From an uncultured bacterium (GTDB lineage: Bacteria; Fidelibacterota; Fidelibacteria; Fidelibacterales; Fidelibacteraceae), in assembly GCA_964438445.1 (NCBI GenBank), contig CAYTLV010000001.1, forward strand, positions 22,763 to 63,539: a stretch of 40,777 nt of DNA, given 5' to 3'. A program made the translations under genes and the position numbers. This document shows, piece by piece, positions 27,219 through 34,373 of the stretch. The stretch's first letter is position 1. The number at the start of each line of letters is the position of its first letter. The notes below the pieces were generated by a model that was not told where the DNA came from, ran no database searches, and saw only the letters and a list, made by a program, of their open reading frames with translations.

Positions 27219-30104
27219 TTAAAACTCCACTTCTACAAAGAAATCAAGACTTCTCTGATCATCATAATACCAAGGACGATCATAGATGGTTGAACTTCTT
27301 ATACCATCAAGAATATAACCCTCGTCAATACCACCGGGATTGTCCGGAGTCCCTGTACGTGGATAAACGTATAGAGGATTTTCTCTATTGAAGAGATTTG
27401 TACAAACTAAACCAAGTACCAGGCGACTTGAACCAATAATATCAATATACTTTCTAATAGCAAGGTTTGTCGTGTAATAAGCCGGCATACGTTCACTATT
27501 TTGAGGACCCAATTGATCATTGTTCAGAACAGGAGTATAGGGTGCTCCCGAGATCGCCACAAAGGTCAGGTTTGTCATTGTGTTTTGGAAAAGGTTATAT
27601 GAACCGACCGGAATTCCGTATCCCTTGGGAATGCGGAATGTCAATTGTGCACTAAAATCGTGTGTTCGGTCATAATCCTGCAAAACCTCATTCTTCGGCA
27701 TAGTAAGAGGGTTTTCTCCGTTTCGGTAACCTTCCCATGGATCGGAACGGTTTCCTTTCGCCACTGAATAAGTATACTGTATATTGCCGGTCAAGAATTT
27801 ACCCCGGCGTTTTTCAAAGATCATATCCATACCACGAGCTGAACCATAATCATAGTTTACAAAGGTCGTATAGGTTACAGATCCCACACGAACTTGTTCT
27901 GTTGAGTTCATGTTACTGTAATCCTTTGACCAACCAACAACTCCCAGCACATAATTACGTGCTACTTCAGTATTAATACCAAATTCATAACTGGTTACTT
28001 TTTGAGCACTAACATCGGGATTACCAACAAGCGGCAAAGGAGTATTAAAGAATTCATCTAAATTATCGCGCTCATCAATATTGTTATAGATATCGCGATA
28101 AGTAGGATTTTGATAATAAATACCGTATCCGAACGTAAACGTTGCTTTATCTGTAATTACATGTGAAAATCCCAAACGGGGACTCCAAAGAAATTCCCAA
28201 TTAGTCGGAACAAGCACAGAATCCGGAACCCGGGGATCTGCCCACATGGAATCATTTGCGTTGGCTGCGTCAAAACGTAAACCGGCATTGATAACCATCC
28301 AGGGATATTCGATCTTATCTTGAAGATAACCGGCAAATTCTTGGGGAATACGATTATAGTTTTCAGTATAAGGCGTCGATAACCAAGGTAATTGTACTTC
28401 GTCAAAGACAATATCATGTGTCTTATAGTCGAGTCCACTCTTTATCTGATTATGCCTGCCAACCTGTGATGTAAGATCTAATCTATATTCCTGAGTACGA
28501 GTACGAGTATAGTGAAAATATCTATCTGCGCCACTATAGTAATACTCTCCGGAATAATTCTTTAAATTAGGGCTGGCCTGATACTCTATGGTCATTTTTT
28601 CATCAATAAAAGGATATAATATATAAGGTTGGTTGTACTGTTCAGGTGTAAGCCACTCACCCATTTCATCACCATGATGCCAAATGGTATCTGCTCCTGA
28701 GAGCACATACTCAAGTGGAATATAATTTCCTGTTCCATCATCCACGTAAGGAACTTGAGTGCTATCATAGAAATTTTCTAAATAACGCTGTTCTACCCAA
28801 TCGGGGTAACCGTCGCCATCGGAATCATAGTTCCGTACACCCATGGTCATTTCTTGTGTAAAATTAGAATAATTAAAAGTGTAATAGGTCTTGTCATTTA
28901 ATTGATGGCGCCATTCTAAAGCATAGCGTTTTGACACTTTTTCTACTTCATTTTTACCAAGATCATAATAAATATAAACAGGGTCAAACGCCTTATAATT
29001 TGAATTTACATACCAATGCGAAAGATTTAAACGAATCTTTGGCGACACAAGAAAAGTCAGTTTTGAAAATATATCAAATGTATTGTCAAATCCAAATGAA
29101 CGCCATCCTGCAATTGTGTCTAAAGGATTAATGTGATTATCTTCGTTATAATCGCTTAGGGGATCATCCATATCAAAAGCATAATCGTCAAATTCGTATA
29201 CCGCATAAGCGCTATTCGTTTGATCAAAACTGGTCCACCAACGAATTCTATCCGTAAAAAGGGGTCCGCCAAAACCACCTGCGATCTTGGAATAATTTCG
29301 CAACTGATCTTGCTCTGCTGAGACGGGCCCAAAATTACTGCGTTCATAGCGTAGCATTCCGGTAAATTTGCTTGGGCCGGTTTGCGTAACGGTATTGATC
29401 ATACCGGACATTGCATCGCCGTACTCAGCATTAAAAAAACCCGTCTGGAAATCAACCTGCGCTACAGCAAATTGGTTCAAACGCGTACCTTTACCCTTGC
29501 CTCCGTAAAGCGGGTTTTCAAGGTACATACCATCAATCATGAAACCTGTCTCATTGGCTCGACCGCCACGAACATGAATCTGCTCGATACCGCGTTCTTC
29601 AAATCCGGGGATACCCAAATCGGCAGTCTTGATCTCAATAATACCCGATTGCAGTGTATAAACTTCAGTCATATCACGAACGGGAAGATTAAGCACCTGT
29701 TCTGATTCCATGATAATCTTACGTCCAACTACATCTTTTTCAACAGAAGGACGATCTGCAATCACTTCTACAACTTCGCCTTGGACAGCCTCGACTTCCA
29801 TACGAACGTTAATAATAGTTGATTGATCACGAATAACTTTAACACTTCGTTGGATTACTTTTTTAAAGCCGATCATTGTATATGTTACAGTAAATTCACC
29901 GATCGGAAGGTTGATAATATTGTAATAGCCTGTCTGGTCCGCAAAGGTCCCCATATGGGTATCTTCAACCATGATGTTGACACCCATAAGCGGTTCATTG
30001 GTCCCGGCAGCCACAATGGTACCGCGGATAGAACCAACAATATCGCCATAAGCCATGCCAAAAAATAGCAGACAAACTACAAAAAGGATATAACCTTTCT
30101 TCAT
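27219..30104 (-). CDS. TonB-dependent receptor-like outer-membrane protein with N-terminal CarboxypepD_reg domain (SusC/Oar-type; cassette B)
   Basis: Signal peptide. CarboxypepD_reg-like GSIRGTIVAAGTNEPLMGVNIMV...GYYNIINLPIGEFTVTYTMIGF. Linker GEVVEVIADRP. Plug IHVRGGRANETGFMIDGMYLENP. Long Gly/aromatic-rich barrel. C-terminal FFVEVEF with terminal Phe. Confidence 0.85.
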   Translation of the reverse strand: MKKGYILFVVCLLFFGMAYGDIVGSIRGTIVAAGTNEPLMGVNIMVEDTHMGTFADQTGYYNIINLPIGEFTVTYTMIGFKKVIQRSVKVIRDQSTIINVRMEVEAVQGEVVEVIADRPSVEKDVVGRKIIMESEQVLNLPVRDMTEVYTLQSGIIEIKTADLGIPGFEERGIEQIHVRGGRANETGFMIDGMYLENPLYGGKGKGTRLNQFAVAQVDFQTGFFNAEYGDAMSGMINTVTQTGPSKFTGMLRYERSNFGPVSAEQDQLRNYSKIAGGFGGPLFTDRIRWWTSFDQTNSAYAVYEFDDYAFDMDDPLSDYNEDNHINPLDTIAGWRSFGFDNTFDIFSKLTFLVSPKIRLNLSHWYVNSNYKAFDPVYIYYDLGKNEVEKVSKRYALEWRHQLNDKTYYTFNYSNFTQEMTMGVRNYDSDGDGYPDWVEQRYLENFYDSTQVPYVDDGTGNYIPLEYVLSGADTIWHHGDEMGEWLTPEQYNQPYILYPFIDEKMTIEYQASPNLKNYSGEYYYSGADRYFHYTRTRTQEYRLDLTSQVGRHNQIKSGLDYKTHDIVFDEVQLPWLSTPYTENYNRIPQEFAGYLQDKIEYPWMVINAGLRFDAANANDSMWADPRVPDSVLVPTNWEFLWSPRLGFSHVITDKATFTFGYGIYYQNPTYRDIYNNIDERDNLDEFFNTPLPLVGNPDVSAQKVTSYEFGINTEVARNYVLGVVGWSKDYSNMNSTEQVRVGSVTYTTFVNYDYGSARGMDMIFEKRRGKFLTGNIQYTYSVAKGNRSDPWEGYRNGENPLTMPKNEVLQDYDRTHDFSAQLTFRIPKGYGIPVGSYNLFQNTMTNLTFVAISGAPYTPVLNNDQLGPQNSERMPAYYTTNLAIRKYIDIIGSSRLVLGLVCTNLFNRENPLYVYPRTGTPDNPGGIDEGYILDGIRSSTIYDRPWYYDDQRSLDFFVEVEF

Positions 30105-30119
30105 ACAATCCCCTTTAGG

Positions 30120-30152
30120 ACAGGTCGCCCTTCCAATGGAAGGGCGACCTGT
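30120..30152 (-). promoter_or_regulatory. perfect 15-bp GC-rich hairpin (3-nt loop) between the BNR gene stop and the receptor RBS
   Basis: ACAGGTCGCCCTTCC-AAT-GGAAGGGCGACCTGT. On the minus strand it is followed directly by CCTAAAGGGGATTGTATG (SD plus start of the 27219-30104 gene) and has no U-tract. Confidence 0.6.
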
Positions 30153-30167
30153 ATGTTTGTAAACAAT

Positions 30168-32258
30168 TTATTTTAATAATACTGATTTTCGAGTAACAGT
30201 TACATTATCCCCTGTCAGAGAATAGAAATAAATACCCGAGGACATGTTTGAACCGTCAAGTTCAATTTCATAATGTCCACTTCCTTTATATTCACTGAAA
30301 AGAGTTTTAACTTTTCTACCTAAGGTATTAAATACTTCAAGATTGTATTTACCTGCTTGATGGATATCAAAATTGATCGTTGTAATAGGATTGAAAGGAT
30401 TGGGATAATTTTGTTCAAGCTCGAATTTAGCTGGAACATCAACAAAACCTTCAATTCCACTGACGACTGATGAATAATCTACATCCATGAAATATAAACG
30501 ATTCTTATAATCTTCCGGTACTGCGTCTGAAGTATCATCATCTACAGTATGGGTAGCATAGTCCGGAACCTGATATATAAGATAAACATGATCATCGGTA
30601 GCATCGGGATCAGCATGTGCACAAATTTCATCGAAGTCATCTGTGTTCGTTGCGTTAATCTCTGTCTGCCAAGTTTGACCGGCGTTTATTGAACGTCGAA
30701 CATATATATCATAAGATTTTTTATATAGCAGTGTATCGCCAGGGGATTCGGGGTCTTCTTCTTTATAGATATTACCTTTGGGATAAACGGCGTAAATGAC
30801 ATCAGGGTTTTCGGTGGACGTTGCCATTGCGGGGAAAAAACTTTGCCATGCGCGATCACCATGACCATAAGAAAAACGCCAGGTATTCTGCATACTTGTT
30901 ACAAAAGATACGCTCCAAACTGCTGATTCTGATGCCGGATCTGCACAATAAAGATGATAAAATCCACAATATTCATTTACTGTTGGCATAATATAGCCCG
31001 ACTCTTCAGATTCAGGAATAACCAAACACATAAAGTGAACACCACCATTTGCATCAACAACCACGTCATTATCATATCCGATAAATAGACCCGGGTAATT
31101 TAAAGTATCAAGAATTGCATCTTCAGAACCTGTAAGCTCATCAACGATCACGGTATCTGTACCATTAACAACTTCAAATTGTTGTGAAGGAAGATAAACG
31201 TCAAAAATATTATCATCAAAAATATGGTCCTCAACATAATAATAAGGGACATCATCATCAAAAGATGTTTCACTCCATGTTGCACCATAATCAGTTGTTT
31301 TACGGAATTTAAAGGTGTGATATGCGTTATCCTCAACCATAGTATCAATCCCCGTATGCCAGTACGCAACATTTGCAATATAGCCTGTACCATTATCTGC
31401 AATTGAGATCATAGCATCTGAGGTGGTTGAGCCGTCTGCAGTACCTTCTTCAAAATAGGTCAAAGCATCAAGGATTTTCACAGGTTCCTGAAAGGTAATA
31501 GCTCCGGTCGTGATATCATTTGAGCGGAATAAGTACATGTTATGACTACTAATTGTTCCTGTAACGTCAAATTCGCGCCACGTGGTAAATGTCATATTTA
31601 AATGTCCGGTTCCGCCGTCTTCTTCACAATAGTCCGGGCAACCCATCCACATAGCTTCCGGGTTTGTTGTTACATTACCAATAACCTGGGGTGGGGACAA
31701 ATAGGGAAAACCATATGGCAGTAGTGTTTCATCTACAGAAAATAATGGAAGTGCGTCATTTTCAACTCCACTTTCCAAGCCGGTGTATTCAGTCCACGCG
31801 ATCATAAGACTGTTTCCAGCACCAATGGCAGAAGGATATCTTGCTGCCAATTCACCGGGAGATGTTGCGTTTACATTACTTTGATTTGACCATGTTACAC
31901 CATCGTTCAGACTGTATGCCATTCCAACAACACCAGAAGATGCTTCAATACCGGCCCACTGGCGATAAGCCATAACAAATGTGTTTCCATTATGAGAGAC
32001 AGGATTAGTAACGCCGGAGACAAGTCCAAAACCATTTTTACTTGAATCGATCAATACAGCCGCAAATGCCGGATCATAAGCTGATGCGGATTTCGCGGTA
32101 GCTTTTGATAACTGTTCACTATAGATCTCTCTACCTGTTTCTTTTACAATTCGCTCTACTTTACCTTTGTAGTTTAACGGTAATATTTCCGTTTGAACTG
32201 CAAAAACTGAGCTAAGTAACAACACCGCCACAAGTGTTGCGATAACAATGCGTTTCAT
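30168..32258 (-). CDS. secreted BNR/Asp-box repeat (beta-propeller-like) protein with T9SS type-A CTD
   Basis: Three Asp-boxes: SLNDGVTW, TTDYGATW, SINAGQTW. CTD is YPNPFNPITTINF...SGIYFYSLTGD...RKSVLLK. The track start 32270 is TTG. ATG 32258 (MKRIVIATLVAVLLL) has GGAGG 5 nt upstream. Confidence 0.8.
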   Translation of the reverse strand: MKRIVIATLVAVLLLSSVFAVQTEILPLNYKGKVERIVKETGREIYSEQLSKATAKSASAYDPAFAAVLIDSSKNGFGLVSGVTNPVSHNGNTFVMAYRQWAGIEASSGVVGMAYSLNDGVTWSNQSNVNATSPGELAARYPSAIGAGNSLMIAWTEYTGLESGVENDALPLFSVDETLLPYGFPYLSPPQVIGNVTTNPEAMWMGCPDYCEEDGGTGHLNMTFTTWREFDVTGTISSHNMYLFRSNDITTGAITFQEPVKILDALTYFEEGTADGSTTSDAMISIADNGTGYIANVAYWHTGIDTMVEDNAYHTFKFRKTTDYGATWSETSFDDDVPYYYVEDHIFDDNIFDVYLPSQQFEVVNGTDTVIVDELTGSEDAILDTLNYPGLFIGYDNDVVVDANGGVHFMCLVIPESEESGYIMPTVNEYCGFYHLYCADPASESAVWSVSFVTSMQNTWRFSYGHGDRAWQSFFPAMATSTENPDVIYAVYPKGNIYKEEDPESPGDTLLYKKSYDIYVRRSINAGQTWQTEINATNTDDFDEICAHADPDATDDHVYLIYQVPDYATHTVDDDTSDAVPEDYKNRLYFMDVDYSSVVSGIEGFVDVPAKFELEQNYPNPFNPITTINFDIHQAGKYNLEVFNTLGRKVKTLFSEYKGSGHYEIELDGSNMSSGIYFYSLTGDNVTVTRKSVLLK

Positions 32259-32276
32259 AACAACCTCCAAATTGTT

Positions 32277-32726
32277 TTAATCAACGTATAAGCTTGATGT
32301 TTCTTTTTCTGTTTTCAATACAATGGTCGAATCAGTGTTTTTCACGTTATCGATCAAATTCATGCTATCCAATAATTTTTCAAGATCCTCTGTACCTGAA
32401 GTACGGACTTTAGCCATAATAGAGCCCTTACCGGCGATATAGTGGATTTCTTGTATTTTGTCAAATCCCGCAAGTACCTTTCCGGTATCTCGCATTTTTG
32501 TTAGGTCATAAAGAGAGATCAACACGATTGCCAGAAGGTTCAACCCCAATATAGCCGGTTCTAATCTTGCTTCATACGCCTTAACTATCCCTGCTTTTTC
32601 AAGCTTTTTTACACGCTCATAAATCGCAGAAGCTGTCATTCCCATATGTCGTGCTATCTCTGCATTTGATGTTCTTGCATTATCCTGCAAGATCTTCAAA
32701 ATAATCCTGTCTTTTTGGTCTAACAT
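32277..32726 (-). CDS. Lrp/AsnC-family transcriptional regulator
   Basis: N-terminal wHTH LDQKDRIILKILQDNARTSNAEIARHMGMTASAIYERVKKLEKAGIV followed by a RAM/ACT-like effector domain. 149 aa. Confidence 0.88.
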   Translation of the reverse strand: MLDQKDRIILKILQDNARTSNAEIARHMGMTASAIYERVKKLEKAGIVKAYEARLEPAILGLNLLAIVLISLYDLTKMRDTGKVLAGFDKIQEIHYIAGKGSIMAKVRTSGTEDLEKLLDSMNLIDNVKNTDSTIVLKTEKETSSLYVD

Positions 32727-32981
32727 TTTGTTATTCTCCAGTTAAAGTTAAAATTACATGATAAATTGCAGGTCAACAAGAAAAAAAACGAATAATTTTG
32801 AAATATATAAGTTTAAATAAAGAGTTTATTGATGATTTATTGCTACAGCATTAGTATATATATCCCAAAAGATAAAATATCTAGGGTGAACCCTATAAAA
32901 ATACTACGAAATCTGCTTCTATATCGCCATGTCTGATATATTGTGATCAAAGGCGGGCTGAAGAGTGCTTTTCTCGGTTGT

Positions 32982-32993
32982 TGATGGTTGAAA
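32982..32993. repeat. copy 1 of the 12-nt direct repeat TGATGGTTGAAA
   Basis: Exact 12-mer, also found at 33164-33175. This copy overlaps a small palindrome ATGGTT-GA-AACCAT (32984-32997). Confidence 0.85.
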
Positions 32994-33032
32994 CCATAAG
33001 AAGAATTTAATAAATCATGTCATCGCGTACTT

Positions 33033-33139
33033 GATCCGGGATTTCATTTATTGATCACTCCAACTTATTTGGGAATCTCCCATTATTCAGATCCCGGATA
33101 AACTTGCCACCGGTCCCCGATCGTTCGGGGTTCCGGGAT
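33033..33139. other. GC-rich structured non-coding segment with mutually exclusive helices (possible ncRNA or leader)
   Basis: ATCCGGGAT (33034-33042), ATCCCGGAT (33091-33099) and TCCGGGAT (33132-33139). The middle element is complementary to both outer ones (9 bp and 8 bp). Nested hairpins CCCCGA-TCGT-TCGGGG (33115-33130) and GGGA-ATC-TCCC (33071-33081). No ORF of 60 aa or more. The strand cannot be assigned because the pairings are palindromic. Confidence 0.4.
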
Positions 33140-33163
33140 AACACAAGGGAGGGGATCGAGAGC

Positions 33164-33175
33164 TGATGGTTGAAA
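33164..33175. repeat. copy 2 of the 12-nt direct repeat TGATGGTTGAAA
   Basis: Exact match to 32982-32993. The two copies bracket the structured segment. Confidence 0.85.
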
Positions 33176-33256
33176 ATAAAGTCGATTTGTCTAGCCGTCT
33201 GGTGAATTCTTGAATCTTGCCTTTTGGATCTTCATCTTTGTACTTTGTACTTGAAT

Positions 33257-33287
33257 AAAAAAACCCTCCGCGAAGGAGGGTTTTTTT
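33257..33287 (-). terminator. rho-independent (bidirectional-looking) terminator after cassette A
   Basis: Minus strand reads AAAAAAACCCTCC-TTCGC-GGAGGGTTTTTTT, 22 nt after the stop at 33309. Confidence 0.75.
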
Positions 33288-33308
33288 ATTATGTCTTAAG
33301 TATTCGAC

Positions 33309-34337
33309 TTAGATACCAATTCCGAGACAGATTAGATTTTCTGTTCCGAGGAATTGTCCTGGACGAAATACATAATCTACAGAAATCTTAGTTGTGCTTA
33401 CATCAAATTTAACACCTGCACCGAGGGTTAAACCATAAACGCTATAACCAAGATCTGCACCGGCTGCATTCAACTGAAATGCATAGCCTGCGCGTACAAA
33501 TCCGATACCGGCAAAGTTAAGTTCAGTACCCACTTTGAGGTAATCGGTTTCGGCATTACTATTCTGATAAACTGCGCTGACCAGAATCATGTCTGTAGGC
33601 TTATATGTCAAGCCCATTTCCATGCTTGCCGGTAGCTGATCCGAAGAGGTGAGAACATTGAAGAAATCATCATATGTTTCATCTTCTTCTCTTGCAGAGA
33701 ACAACATTGCGGTTCCATCATATTCCATGTTGGTACCAATATTGCGAATGGCAAGACCAAGTCCCAAACCTTCCACATCCATTAGGTTTTGATACTGTAA
33801 ACCAAAATCGAAAGCAAAAGCCGTACCGCTTGCACGGGGGATGCTTTCATAGATTAGTTTAGCATTCAAACCAATGCTAATGCGGTCGGTTAATTCTCTA
33901 GCATAGGATGCGCCAAGCACCGAAAATGTCGGTGAGAAGGTAGCACCGGTACCGTCCATATCATGAACGGTCGTAATGGCGATTTCCCCCATTGCGAGAG
34001 ATTTCATACTGACAGCCAACACGCCATTTGATCCTGTATTAAATGCAAGAGCAAAATAGTTTGTTGAAATGTCTGCTATAATCTTTGCCGAGGAGAACAT
34101 ACCGTCCACCCGGCCCTTAACATCGCTCAGACCTGCAGGATTCCAGAATATTGCATCTACACCGGCTGTGTAAGCAATATCAGATCCGCCCATACCCAGC
34201 GAGCGTCCGCCAACGGGGATCTGGACCTGAACACCGGCTGTTGTGCCGGTTCGGTCAATATCTCCCGCAAAGGCAACACCCACAAACAGGGCTGCGATCA
34301 GGATAAGCGACATGAATTTATTTAAAAGTTTCATCAT
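33309..34337 (-). CDS. PorV/PorQ-family outer-membrane beta-barrel protein (cassette A)
   Basis: Signal peptide, then GTTAGVQVQIPVGGRSLGMGGSDIAYTAGVDAIFWNPAGLS. Paralogous along its length to 22883-23929 (e.g. YARELTDRISIGLNAKL vs YARKLTDRLSVGGTAKF). AAGGAG SD. Confidence 0.72.
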   Translation of the reverse strand: MMKLLNKFMSLILIAALFVGVAFAGDIDRTGTTAGVQVQIPVGGRSLGMGGSDIAYTAGVDAIFWNPAGLSDVKGRVDGMFSSAKIIADISTNYFALAFNTGSNGVLAVSMKSLAMGEIAITTVHDMDGTGATFSPTFSVLGASYARELTDRISIGLNAKLIYESIPRASGTAFAFDFGLQYQNLMDVEGLGLGLAIRNIGTNMEYDGTAMLFSAREEDETYDDFFNVLTSSDQLPASMEMGLTYKPTDMILVSAVYQNSNAETDYLKVGTELNFAGIGFVRAGYAFQLNAAGADLGYSVYGLTLGAGVKFDVSTTKISVDYVFRPGQFLGTENLICLGIGI

Positions 34338-34373
34338 AACACTCCTTTAATATCGTTATGGTTTCATGCGGCA

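Noticed and set aside
32259-32270. TTG-extended start of the BNR protein (MEVV-MKR...)
   Set aside because: The extension is itself the GGAGG SD for ATG 32258.
32882-32895. TAGGGT-GA-ACCCTA palindrome about 155 nt upstream of lrp as an operator
   Set aside because: A 6-2-6 palindrome is expected by chance fairly often in a spacer of about 580 nt. There is no second copy in the window.
32982-33175. 12-nt direct repeats read as target-site duplications of a MITE-like insertion
   Set aside because: The sequences just inside the repeats (ccataagaag... / ...gatcgagagc) are not terminal inverted repeats, and the window has no transposase.
33166-33213. 15-codon plus-strand mini-ORF (MVENKVDLSSRLVNS) preceded by GGGAGGGGA and followed by the bidirectional terminator. 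An 8-codon ORF starting with the same ATGGTTGAAA lies at 32984-33010.
   Set aside because: It is too short to evaluate, and the shared start is simply the 12-nt repeat. No plus-strand promoter or downstream plus-strand gene is evident. I keep it only as an alternative reading of the structured region, testable by ribosome profiling or conservation of the peptide.
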